DNA from: an uncultured Fibrobacterota bacterium
GTDB lineage: Bacteria; Fibrobacterota; Chitinivibrionia; Chitinivibrionales; FEN-1185
Assembly (NCBI GenBank): GCA_963729895.1
Contig: CAVSQB010000028.1
Location: forward strand, 96,001 to 160,000
DNA length: 64,000 nt
Direction of reading: 5' to 3'
The translations under genes and the position numbers were made by a program. Of this stretch, positions 10,224 to 19,248 are shown in pieces. Positions within the stretch are counted from its first letter, which is position 1, and every line of letters starts with the position of its first letter. Under the pieces are notes generated by a model, which worked only from the letters and a program-made list of their open reading frames with translations, had not been told where the DNA came from and did no database searches.

Positions 10224-10430
10224 CTATCCTTGAGACTCCGTTTCCTCGTTTTCCACCACGCGGCCTTCAAACAGCCGCTTGAGCGCGGTTGTCGTGGGTT
10301 TGTCTTCGGCCTTGACAATGCCCAACCTCACCTGGTCGTTGATGAAGCGGGCTTCCTGCGCCGCCATGATCACGGCCTTATACCGGTTGATTCCGCGTTT
10401 TTCCAGATCGTCGAGCTGCAGTTCGAGCAT
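10224..10430 (-). CDS. rpoZ: RNA polymerase omega subunit
   Basis: NRYKAVIMAAQEAR..KPTTTAL motif; lies between yicC and coaBC; GGAGG RBS. Confidence 0.88.
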   Translation of the reverse strand: MLELQLDDLEKRGINRYKAVIMAAQEARFINDQVRLGIVKAEDKPTTTALKRLFEGRVVENEETESQG

Positions 10431-10449
10431 GAACCCTCCTTGCGCAGTG

Positions 10450-11325
10450 TTACTCTATGTTCTGTATTTGTTCCCGTATTTTCTCGATGTTTTCCTTGAG
10501 TGTTACCGACAAATGCGAAACAAGGGTGTCGTTCGCCTTGGAGCCGATGGTATTCGCCTCCCGGTTCATTTCCTGGAGAAGGAAGTTCATCCGCTTTCCC
10601 ACCGGTTCGCTGCTGTCGAAATCCTTCACAAAGGCGTTTATGTGGGCGCGCAGCCGGGTGCATTCCTCCGAGATGTCCATTTTGTCGGCCATCATGGCCA
10701 CTTCCATGGCCAGCCGCGCCTCGTCGGGAGGGTTCTTAAGCAGTTTCTCGATGCGCTCCGCCAGGGTCTTGGAATACTCCTCGATGCGCTTCGGCGCCCT
10801 CGCTTCCACGTCTTTAAGAAGGCGGGAAACCGAGTCGAGAATCTTCTTTAAGTCGCCGATGATGTGATCCCCCTCGGCAATGCGGGAACGCTGGAACACA
10901 TCGAGCGCCTTTGTCAGGACAGGGGAGAAATGCTTCCACAGGGTCTTTTCGTCGCATTGCGCGGAGTCGGTCTTGAAAAAATCCGTGAAATGAAGCAGGT
11001 CCGACAGTGTGACGTCGCCGCCGAGCTTGTGTTGTTTCTTTATTTCCCGGAAAATGGATACGTAGTTTCGCACCAAGGTCTTGTCCCAACCAAGGCTGCC
11101 ATCTTCGTTTTCCTTGTCGCACCCGATATACACCGACACGCTGCCGCGCGGAATCGTCTCGGAAATAGCGCTGCGTATCTTCTGTTCGAGGTTGGAAAAC
11201 GACTTGGGCTGGCGCAGTTGCACATCCAGGAAGCGATTGTTTACCGCGCGGATTTCCACGCGATAGGTCCCTGACGGCGTGCGTACCTCGGCAAGGCCGA
11301 ACCCCGTCATGCTTTTTATGGGCAT
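10450..11325 (-). CDS. yicC: YicC/YloC family endoribonuclease
   Basis: SMTGFG, VNNRFLD, DISEECTRL, GKRMNFLLQEMNREANTIGSK, IREQIQNIE. Confidence 0.96.
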   Translation of the reverse strand: MPIKSMTGFGLAEVRTPSGTYRVEIRAVNNRFLDVQLRQPKSFSNLEQKIRSAISETIPRGSVSVYIGCDKENEDGSLGWDKTLVRNYVSIFREIKKQHKLGGDVTLSDLLHFTDFFKTDSAQCDEKTLWKHFSPVLTKALDVFQRSRIAEGDHIIGDLKKILDSVSRLLKDVEARAPKRIEEYSKTLAERIEKLLKNPPDEARLAMEVAMMADKMDISEECTRLRAHINAFVKDFDSSEPVGKRMNFLLQEMNREANTIGSKANDTLVSHLSVTLKENIEKIREQIQNIE

Positions 11326-11537
11326 ACCAATCCCTTGCCACGTGCTGGTGGACTAAAGTGAGGCCGGGTTGTCGTTCAAGCGGAAAAACTTACTAAATAT
11401 ATATGAATCCCGAGATTCAAGGCCACTTTAGTGTTGTATGATGGAATGAGGAGAAGATCAGGATACAAGAATTCAAGATAAAGGTATGGAAAGGGCTCCG
11501 CCCTTTAGATCCCGCAAGGAAAATGCTTTTTATGGCT

Positions 11538-11568
11538 CCCCACCAAACCTCCCCCGCCGGGGAGGCTT
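11538..11568. repeat. Single GC-rich hairpin arm resembling the arms of the 97-bp elements at 48735 and 53094
   Basis: CCCCACCAAACCTCCCCCGCCGGGGAGGCTT has the same layout as CCCCCCAAATCCCCCGGAGGGGGACTT (reverse complement of 48804-48830). Confidence 0.45.
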
Positions 11569-11678
11569 TCAACTGAAGAATGTCGTCAGGATGCTGTTGA
11601 TTGTTTTTGCAAATGGGTTTTTACATTGGCCTATTTCTTCGGCTGAAATGGTGGCAACGGTCCTCTTCCCGGCGACGG

Positions 11679-11910
11679 CCCTAACACAAGAAACAAAAAC
11701 GCAAAGGTATTTTAGGTTTTCTCCTCAGTGGCGCAGCTAAGGCTGGAAGACCAGGAGCCTGTAATTGGTCTGGGACTTTGTTCAACCGGGTGCCGCTACG
11801 GTGCGCGCAACAGAAGGTTCGGGCTTGCAGCAGGTACTCCCACGCCGCACCGGCTCAGCAATCCAGAATCATAGTACTTGGCAATCGCCGCACTCGCTCG
11901 GCGATCCAGA
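11679..11910 (+). repeat. Modular intergenic repeat, copy A (modules Y+Z+2 W units)
   Basis: CCTAACACAAGAAACAAAAACGCAAAGGTATT...AACCGGGTGCCGCTACGGTGCGCGCA...CGCACCGGCTCAGCAATCCAGAATCATA; clear similarity to 14782, 32859 and reverse-strand 54442. Confidence 0.9.
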
Positions 11911-11996
11911 TGAATTAATCAATAAAAAGCGATATTAACCGAAAACTGTCACCCCCGAAATACTATTTTTTTCGCTCTGCACAGGATGAGATAGCC

Positions 11997-14543
11997 GTGC
12001 CGGCAAACAGGCGTACTCTTTACCAAAAAGGAAGAACCGTGAACATTTCGTACTCCCCGGAGGTGCGCCGGGAACTTGAACAGGCGTACCGCAGGTTGGA
12101 CCTCTTTCGGCCTGCGCCCGCTTTGCGCTATGACGAAGGGGCGCTACTGACCTACGACATGGAGCCTGTTGCCGTCCACGGCGCCGAGAAAAAATGCCGT
12201 GCTGGTGTTAGGGTGGAGCGTTTTGTGGGCGGCGGTTTTGCGGGACAGGTTTACAAGGTGCGCGTCGAGAGCCTGGGACCGCAGGGACTGCCCGGCGTGG
12301 CCGTGGGCGGCCTGTACGCTTTGAAGATTCTCATACCGCCCTCGACATTCTCAAAGTGGTTTCGCGATGCGCTTTACGCGATTGGCTTCCAGGGCTCCTT
12401 TCAGCTCCAATGCAATCCGGCCGCCGCCCGAAGCGGCGCACTGTGGCAGAAGCTCATCCGCCGGGCGGCCCGAGTAAAATTCGGCGACGAATCATTGGTG
12501 AACGACGTCCACGGGACCTTTGTCGACACAACGCTCGGCAGCATGGGAGAGATGAGCGACTGGATCGCCGGCCGCACGTGGCGGCTTGAGATTGACGAAC
12601 GCATGGATCTCCTGGGCCGGTGGATGCGGGGCAAAAGGGTTGACGAAGCGAAACTCGGATCGCCGGAGTACCGGGCGAAAAAGCGGTTCATGGCCGGTTT
12701 CGTTTCCCTGTTGCACGACATCGGCGCGCATGAATTTGCGCGGCAGTACGAGTGGAGCACGTGGAAGAGCCAGCCCAACTGCCTCAAGCGCCTCGAAACC
12801 GAGCAATCGCCGGCCAGCGGGCTTGTTGCGGTCGATTTCAGGTCGGGCCTCGTGCTGTTGCCCTTTTTGCCGATGAGCCCCGGCGACGTAGTGCTGATTT
12901 TTAAAGGCCTTGCCCGCGGAAGCATTGTCCAGTTCGACCGCGGCGATGTGAAGAAGCTTGAAGCGTTCGTGGGATCGCACCAGGAACAGTTCAGGGACAT
13001 GGACGGCATGCTTGACGAACTCAAGGCCATGGAGGCGATCTACCGCGACTCGACTTTGGATATCACGCACAACCACCTCCGCGTTCTTTTCAGTCCCCGC
13101 CTCCGGAAAACAATGCAAGACAGCGCACTCACCGGGTGGAGCATCCGGGGCGTGGTTGACGCCGCAGGCGAACAGGCCCTTCGGACGAATACCCTCAAAA
13201 CCGTGGTCTTCTCCTGTGCCGGGTGTGTTCCGGTAGCGGGGAAAATTGTTCGCCGCCTGTGGGCACATGCGGGGTGGCGCCGCCATTACTGGCAGCTGGC
13301 GACAAGCGGGAAATACCTCGGCAGGGCGGTCAGGGGAAAAGTGATTGAAATGGCGGTCACATGGCACAGGGCCGGCCGTATTGACGAGAGAGAAACCAGG
13401 GCCATCGCGTCGTCCCTCGGCCGTTTTGCCCTCCACCTCTGCCTATCGCTGCTGCCCACCGGCATCCACACTTTCCTGACCAATTGGGAATTCGCCAGGG
13501 ACCGTATCGACTACATCTTCATCCGCCCGTTTCGGCTTTTCTTCAACAGCACCGCGCGGGAGAGATGGCTTCTCGACATGGTACGCGAAGGTCGCGAGAA
13601 GCGGCTGATCAGCGAAGGCGATGCCGGGACAATCGCTTCACAGGTGCATGAACCCTACATCCAGAAGTATCTCAAGAGTCTTGCGGTCCACGTCTGTCTG
13701 ATGCCGACCACTCATGTCGTGGCGATCGCGCTTGCCATCTGGTACGTCGTCACGCACCCCGGCATGCCTCGTGCGCAGGCCTGGACGGTCGGCGCGGGCA
13801 TCGTCGCACTTTTTCAGGTGATCCCCATTTCCCCCGGATCGATCGCGCGGGGCATGTACGTGCTGTATCTTGTCATCAGGGAGCGCACCGTCAAGGACTA
13901 TAACATCGCGCTCGTGCTGGCCTTCTTCAAATATATCGGGTACCTGGCTTTTCCCATTCAGATGACCTATCGCTATCCGGTTCTTGCCCGTTTTATGGCC
14001 TTGCATTGGGCCACGGGTGCGGTGCACATCGTGCCCGTATTCGGCGAGTCCGGAGCGCTTCTGGAACATTCGGTATTCGGTTTTTTCTACAACTGGCCAT
14101 TGACAATTCGAAGTCGATTGGTCCGCCGCCAGCAGCGCCGCGCTTCGCTGCCTGCCCGCAGCTGGCATATCGACGCCTGGGCGATCGTTGGCGCGGCGGC
14201 GATGGGCGCAGCCGAGTACTTTGTTAAGAACAGGTTCCACGCTCTGCCCACGCTCAAGGACATGGCATTGCCCATGGTGGTTGTGCCGTTCTTCCTGGGC
14301 GCGGCCGTCACGCTGGGGTGCGGCGGCGCTTCGCTTCAGAAACGCATTGTGTCAACGGCGATTGCAGGCGTACTCATGGGAATTCTCGCGACGGGGGCCT
14401 CCGTCTGCCTGGGCACGGTGCAGACAGGGGCCATGCACCTGCTTACCGGTTTTATGTGGCGCGTATTCCTTTTTACCCTCTTTGCCGCAATCGGCGCTAT
14501 GTTGACAGAGGTGTTTTTTCCGGACCGTGATGGCGCGCTCTGA
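11997..14543 (+). CDS. Hypothetical polytopic membrane protein with N-terminal protein-kinase-like region
   Basis: 848-aa ORF (start may be GTG at 12039); FVGGGFAGQVYKV and YALKIL near the N-terminus; several hydrophobic helices in the C-terminal half. Confidence 0.75.
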   Translation: MPANRRTLYQKGRTVNISYSPEVRRELEQAYRRLDLFRPAPALRYDEGALLTYDMEPVAVHGAEKKCRAGVRVERFVGGGFAGQVYKVRVESLGPQGLPGVAVGGLYALKILIPPSTFSKWFRDALYAIGFQGSFQLQCNPAAARSGALWQKLIRRAARVKFGDESLVNDVHGTFVDTTLGSMGEMSDWIAGRTWRLEIDERMDLLGRWMRGKRVDEAKLGSPEYRAKKRFMAGFVSLLHDIGAHEFARQYEWSTWKSQPNCLKRLETEQSPASGLVAVDFRSGLVLLPFLPMSPGDVVLIFKGLARGSIVQFDRGDVKKLEAFVGSHQEQFRDMDGMLDELKAMEAIYRDSTLDITHNHLRVLFSPRLRKTMQDSALTGWSIRGVVDAAGEQALRTNTLKTVVFSCAGCVPVAGKIVRRLWAHAGWRRHYWQLATSGKYLGRAVRGKVIEMAVTWHRAGRIDERETRAIASSLGRFALHLCLSLLPTGIHTFLTNWEFARDRIDYIFIRPFRLFFNSTARERWLLDMVREGREKRLISEGDAGTIASQVHEPYIQKYLKSLAVHVCLMPTTHVVAIALAIWYVVTHPGMPRAQAWTVGAGIVALFQVIPISPGSIARGMYVLYLVIRERTVKDYNIALVLAFFKYIGYLAFPIQMTYRYPVLARFMALHWATGAVHIVPVFGESGALLEHSVFGFFYNWPLTIRSRLVRRQQRRASLPARSWHIDAWAIVGAAAMGAAEYFVKNRFHALPTLKDMALPMVVVPFFLGAAVTLGCGGASLQKRIVSTAIAGVLMGILATGASVCLGTVQTGAMHLLTGFMWRVFLFTLFAAIGAMLTEVFFPDRDGAL

Positions 14544-14781
14544 GCCAAGCAGGATTAATACATAAATCTTTCCGGACGGCTGAGCCGGGAGAATTTAATG
14601 CAAAAATGCGTCTGGATAGTTGCGCCGGGTGCGCCCAAAGTGGAAGCAGTTGCGAGAATCCAATCTTCTGCTGTGGGGCTCCCATGAAGTGCAGTTGTGA
14701 AGGCCAATGAAGCGATCCGATGTTGACGAGTTGAGAAGTTGAAGAGTACAATCGATGGCTGCGGTTGTGTGCTGTTGAGTA

Positions 14782-15017
14782 TTTGTTAACCGGGTGCCAC
14801 TACGGTGCGCGCAACTAAAGGATCGGGCTTGCAGCGGGTACATCCACGCTGCACCGGCTCGGCAATCCATAGGCACATTCGGCGAGGCACCGAATCTTCT
14901 ATCTTGATATTCGCCGCACACGCTCAGCAACCCAGAATCATATCACTTAGTAATCGCTGCACCGGCTTGGCAAACCGGAATCATAGTACTTAGCAATCGT
15001 CGCACCGATTCGGTAAA
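14782..15017 (+). repeat. Modular intergenic repeat, copy B (module Z + 4 W units, two of them spaced 43 bp)
   Basis: GTTAACCGGGTGCCACTACGGTGCGCGCA, then TCGCCGCACACGCTCAGCAACCCAGAATCATATCACTTAGTAA / TCGCTGCACCGGCTTGGCAAACCGGAATCATAGTACTTAGCAA / TCGTCGCACCGATTCGG. Confidence 0.9.
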
Positions 15018-15063
15018 TATGTTCCGACAAGCCCCCCGGCACCAGGACCGGCGCATTGTTTAA

Positions 15064-16530
15064 TTGGGTGCCTATGCTTCCGTCTCAGAAACCGGCGTTC
15101 TCACCTCCCAATCCATTTCCACGGAGGCCTACGGCACTCCCTTGTTTTCCGACAAAGACGGGTACAACGAATACGATCTCACCGGCTCGCCGCTCGGCAT
15201 TTTCGAGAAGGAGACCTGCTCCGTCCGCCTGGATCTCAGTTTTAGGACGTTCTCCCTTGCAAACGCGAATTCCGCCGACAGCTTCAGCGAATCGGCAGAC
15301 GTTCCCGTCCTCCCCGGCCTGCTTGTGGGGAAACGTGACATCATCTATCTCATGCTCGACTACGAGCCTTCGTGGATATCGCAGAAGTCATTGGACACGA
15401 CCCTGGCCCTGTCGCCCCTGCACCGGTTCGGGCTCGCGGTGGCGGCTCAAATGCCGTCAAAGTACCTGCGGTTCGGGATTGTGGGGAAAGGATATGTCGG
15501 GACGCTTACCACGTCGGTGAGCGGGAACACACGCACGGTGATGGGGCTCACGGCCCTTTCCGCGTATCTCGGAAGTCAAGTACACCCGTTCGTGCGGATC
15601 GGGATTCACGGCGGCGCAACGGGCAACCTCGACTCCCTTTCCGACCGGACGAACCTGACCCAGGACAGGTTTTTCTACGGCGCCATTCCCTCGTACGGCG
15701 GCGACATCGACGTGGGCAAAGACGGCCTGCCCGTGCACAGCACTTTCAACATCGACATTGCCTCGAACAACTTTGTGTATGTCACCAAGGGACTGGCACC
15801 TCAGAAACCGGACGGCAACGAGGACGCGCTCGTGGCCGACAGTCTTGCTTGGCAGTGGCATTCAATGGGGAAAATCGGGTACGCGGGGTTCGAGTATCAC
15901 CCTGCGTTTTCCATGGAATACTGGCGCACCGGCATCCAGGACTATGCTCCGGGCGGCAGGAATTATCCGCTCCAGTACGGACCCGCCCGCGGCGACACCA
16001 ACTGGACGTTTTCCTCGTTTTCGCTTGGAGTCGGCGCGTCTTCACTTCTGCAAATGTACGGCAAGGCATGGTTCGAATACGCGCATGAATTCTTCTGGGC
16101 GTCCTACGGCGCGGGAGTGAATGGCCAGGACCAGAGCCGCGGCTACGACCGAATCGGGTGCGGCCTGGAAGGCAACGTGAACGCTATCCCGGGGCTTCAC
16201 ATGCCCGCGTCCATCGAGGTGTTCCTCCGGCTCGGCTACCTTAACACGAGGGAAAATGCCCGGTTCGGCGGGTACGACGCTCAGGAGTTTCAGCAGGTGA
16301 GCCCCGTGGTTGCGCGTTCGGAGTTTGCCGGCGGCAACGGGCCTTACAGCCTCGCCTTCGGGCAGGACGAGCGCGTGAGCAGATTCTCCTTGGGCGCGGG
16401 CGGGACGTTCTTCAATAGGATGCTCGGCGTGGATTTCATGCTTGCGTTTCTGTCAAGATCGGCGGACACCAGGGAGAGCGGGGTGGAGTTCGGGGTGGGC
16501 GCGGAGTATGAGATCAGGGCGGGGAAATAG
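15064..16530 (+). CDS. Hypothetical outer-membrane beta-barrel-like protein, possibly 5'-truncated
   Basis: 488-aa ORF with host-like codon usage, amphipathic beta-strand pattern, ends GVEFGVGAEYEIRAGK. The TTG start sits immediately after an in-frame TAA and no signal peptide is visible. Confidence 0.6.
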   Translation: MGAYASVSETGVLTSQSISTEAYGTPLFSDKDGYNEYDLTGSPLGIFEKETCSVRLDLSFRTFSLANANSADSFSESADVPVLPGLLVGKRDIIYLMLDYEPSWISQKSLDTTLALSPLHRFGLAVAAQMPSKYLRFGIVGKGYVGTLTTSVSGNTRTVMGLTALSAYLGSQVHPFVRIGIHGGATGNLDSLSDRTNLTQDRFFYGAIPSYGGDIDVGKDGLPVHSTFNIDIASNNFVYVTKGLAPQKPDGNEDALVADSLAWQWHSMGKIGYAGFEYHPAFSMEYWRTGIQDYAPGGRNYPLQYGPARGDTNWTFSSFSLGVGASSLLQMYGKAWFEYAHEFFWASYGAGVNGQDQSRGYDRIGCGLEGNVNAIPGLHMPASIEVFLRLGYLNTRENARFGGYDAQEFQQVSPVVARSEFAGGNGPYSLAFGQDERVSRFSLGAGGTFFNRMLGVDFMLAFLSRSADTRESGVEFGVGAEYEIRAGK

Positions 16531-16637
16531 CGATAATTCCGGTGATTCCGCGGGATTCGAGGATTTTGGGTGAGGGGAAGAGATGCTGTAGTCAGGATTC
16601 TTTCTTCCTTGCTCGGATCACGCAACCGTCAAACTGT

Positions 16638-16784
16638 GTGATAGCAACTCTTGTCGATAAGGACCTCGAGCCAGGTGCGCACAGCACAACATGGAATACC
16701 CGGAACATAGCCGAAGGTTGCTATACGGTAAGAATGCAGGCCGGATCATTTGCGGAGGTGAAGAGTATTTCGATTGTGCGATAA
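16638..16784 (+). pseudogene. Orphan fragment of a FlgD-Ig/secretion-CTD-type C-terminal domain
   Basis: VIATLVDKDLEPGAHSTTWNTRNIAEGCYTVRMQAGSFAEVKSISIVR is a typical CTD tail with no upstream body. Confidence 0.55.
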
Positions 16785-16885
16785 TCCGGGGCGGCACACA
16801 GTGAACGATCCCGGGACTCGGCCATCCGGAATCTTGTGCATTGACAGAAAACAGAGCCCGCGTGGAACACGTGCGAGCGGAATAA

Positions 16886-17722
16886 TCACCGGCTGCGTAA
16901 CTGCTCTATCAGAATGCCCGCCCATTTCCGGTCGAATTCCCCCGGCCTGCATCCCACGCAACTGGCAACCCGGTTGCGGGACGCAAGTGCCCTCACCCGC
17001 GGAGTGTCCCCGGTATATTCCTTGCCGATCATGCCGAGCCTCGCCGTTGCATCGCTGTCCGACAAACAGGTCATCACAAAGAGGGTGCAGGCGCCGGTGG
17101 CGCCTTTATACTCCGCCGAGATCACGTTGTTGAGAAAGGACCGTGAGAGAAAGCCGCTTTTCCGGTACTGCTCGCTGCCGGAAATCTTCCCGGCTTCCGG
17201 CAGCAGCAGGAATTCAACGGGCAAGTGCGTATCGCCCGGGAGGCGGCCCGCTACTGCTTTCGCCAGGGACGCGAGGGTGGAATCAGGGACCGGCTTCGAT
17301 GATTTGTCAAGCACCTCTGCATACAGCGTTGATTTCCAGAAAGAGACCCGCAGCGGCTCGGCGGCCGATTCGGTCCCCGCCGCATGTGAGCGGGTTTCGT
17401 GCAATTGCCTGAACAGGCCGAATGAATACAGTGGAGAGCCCATTTCGAATACGGCGATCTCGAATTCGGCGCCCTTATTCCTCAGGCCGCGGTATTCCCG
17501 GACCGTGCACGTTTTGAGGCCGGCTTCGATGTACACGTCGGCGCCGCCGTCAATATACTCATACAGGTGGTTCGACGCATACTGCTCCGGCGCGGCCGTG
17601 GCCACAGCCGTGCCGATCGTGTCCGGCAGCAGTACTGGTTTGTCAACGGCGCCGGCACAAGCTGTCCCCAGCCATGCGCTGAGAAGAAGAACAGGCGTTT
17701 TACCTATAGCATTTATGCCCAC
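16886..17722 (-). CDS. DUF6599-like exported protein
   Basis: LYEYIDGGADVYIEAG ... IAVFEMGSPLYSFGLF pattern; signal peptide; overlaps the stop of the upstream AKR gene. Confidence 0.7.
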   Translation of the reverse strand: MGINAIGKTPVLLLSAWLGTACAGAVDKPVLLPDTIGTAVATAAPEQYASNHLYEYIDGGADVYIEAGLKTCTVREYRGLRNKGAEFEIAVFEMGSPLYSFGLFRQLHETRSHAAGTESAAEPLRVSFWKSTLYAEVLDKSSKPVPDSTLASLAKAVAGRLPGDTHLPVEFLLLPEAGKISGSEQYRKSGFLSRSFLNNVISAEYKGATGACTLFVMTCLSDSDATARLGMIGKEYTGDTPRVRALASRNRVASCVGCRPGEFDRKWAGILIEQLRSR

Positions 17723-18822
17723 AGTGCACGTGCCCGGTCAAGCTGTTCATAAACGCCGAGTCCCTGCGGGCAGGCGGCATCGCATCGGCCGCACGAAGTG
17801 CACCGGTCCAATTGACCGGCCAGGCCCATTTCCCGGAACATATCTGCGGCCAGCACGGGATCATTTTCCGCATTGTGGTAATACCGGACGCACCGAACAA
17901 TATCCGCAATTGCCACCTTCTCCGGGCACGCGCCTTCGCATCGGCCGCACATTCCACACCCGGCATACTGCAGGTCGCCATGGGTGGGGAGCCACCCGAT
18001 CCTTGCCGCATTGGCCGCTGCACTCCACGAATTCAATTCTTCCAGGGTCTTTACGCCTTTGCAGACCGAGCAGACGACCCCGTCCGACAATGCCGCGGTT
18101 ATCTGCGCAGGGTATGCCGTGTCATCCAACTCGCCTTTTGTCTTCATCGCAAGCAACCCTATGCCCTTCTTCTTCAGCACCTGCCGCTGCGGCCCCAGTT
18201 CTTTCACTTGAACAGGACCGTAACTGGGCATCACGCACGAGATGAAATCGGTCCCCGCTGCAAGGTCGATGCATTCGGCCATGTTTTTATGGACCGTTAT
18301 GCCTGCAAAATTGACCATTCCCTTGTCGTGCCAGTCCATAAATTTCTTTCGCAGTTCCGGGAGTTCCTTCTTGAGCGCGTCGGGATCGGTCCGGGCGAAA
18401 AACAGGAAATCCACCGATGAAACGCCCAGTTTCTTGAATGCCTCCTCAATCGAATCGAAATTGTCCTTGAGCCCGATATGCACTTTGCCGGCGTGGCCCT
18501 TTATCGCGCCGGCCACCATCTCAATGCCTCTGCCGTTCATGTACGCGGACGAGGTATGGATAAAATTGACTCCTTTGTCAATTCCGGCGTTTATCGGTTC
18601 AAGCTCTCCGCGCGTGGTGCCGATGCTGAACGCCGAGATATATATCCCGGTTTTTCCCACCTCCCGGTAGTTCATCCCCGGCTTGAAGTTGCGGATGTTC
18701 TTGCCCGCGTTTTTCAGGGTGTCGACCGCCTGCGCCTTCACTTCGTTGGCAGCGAGGGCCAATCCGATCCCCGCAGCTCCTAGTTTCTTCACAAAAGACC
18801 TTCTGGAACATCCGGTACCCAT
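17713..18822 (-). CDS. Tat-signal aldo/keto reductase-like protein with C-terminal 4Fe-4S dicluster
   Basis: SRRSFVKK twin-arginine signal, YREVGKTG, LLAMKT, CGMCGRCEGACP, CTSCGRCDAACP; ATG at 18822 follows AGAAAGGA. Confidence 0.85.
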   Translation of the reverse strand: MGTGCSRRSFVKKLGAAGIGLALAANEVKAQAVDTLKNAGKNIRNFKPGMNYREVGKTGIYISAFSIGTTRGELEPINAGIDKGVNFIHTSSAYMNGRGIEMVAGAIKGHAGKVHIGLKDNFDSIEEAFKKLGVSSVDFLFFARTDPDALKKELPELRKKFMDWHDKGMVNFAGITVHKNMAECIDLAAGTDFISCVMPSYGPVQVKELGPQRQVLKKKGIGLLAMKTKGELDDTAYPAQITAALSDGVVCSVCKGVKTLEELNSWSAAANAARIGWLPTHGDLQYAGCGMCGRCEGACPEKVAIADIVRCVRYYHNAENDPVLAADMFREMGLAGQLDRCTSCGRCDAACPQGLGVYEQLDRARALWA

Positions 18823-19239
18823 GGGCAACGTCCTTTCTGTAGATTGATGACGCCAGGAACTCGTTTGATGCCTTTATTAGATTTCGCGCGATCCGTGTTT
18901 CGTTACATCCCTTTCCGTGCCTGCCGCTTCTTTTCTTTCGGGTTCATGCTCAAAGATTTGGAAGCAAATTACGTTCCCATTTCCCCTCATCATGCCCTTT
19001 AGTCTTGACTCCCTCCTTGGTGTAAGTACACTAAAAGGGGAAATGGTTTGATTGCCTCACTATCGCACGCACAACATTCACCCCGAAACTTCGGTTCGGT
19101 GAAAAGCATTGCCGGCTCACCATTTCCAGGATCCCCTGTGTATATTATTACTCGGGTAGGAATAAATGCCCAAAATTGCGGCAATTGTGCTGGAAAATAG
19201 ATGTCTTATTTTGCGCATATTTAATTGCCGGAGTAATAA

Positions 19240-19248
19240 TGGTATAAT
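19240..19248 (+). promoter_or_regulatory. Extended -10 promoter element (TGnTATAAT)
   Basis: TGGTATAAT at the end of an AT-rich divergent intergenic region, upstream of 19385. Confidence 0.4.

Noticed and set aside
11486..11740. Small ORFs 11486-11740 and 54579-54833 sharing the peptide LTQETKTQRY..F.PQW
   Set aside because: The similarity comes from repeat module Y; the frames differ in start and stop (copy A has an in-frame TAA), so a conserved protein is unlikely
14855..15017. CRISPR array
   Set aside because: Units are too degenerate, linkers are short and similar to each other, there are only 2-4 units, and no cas genes are present
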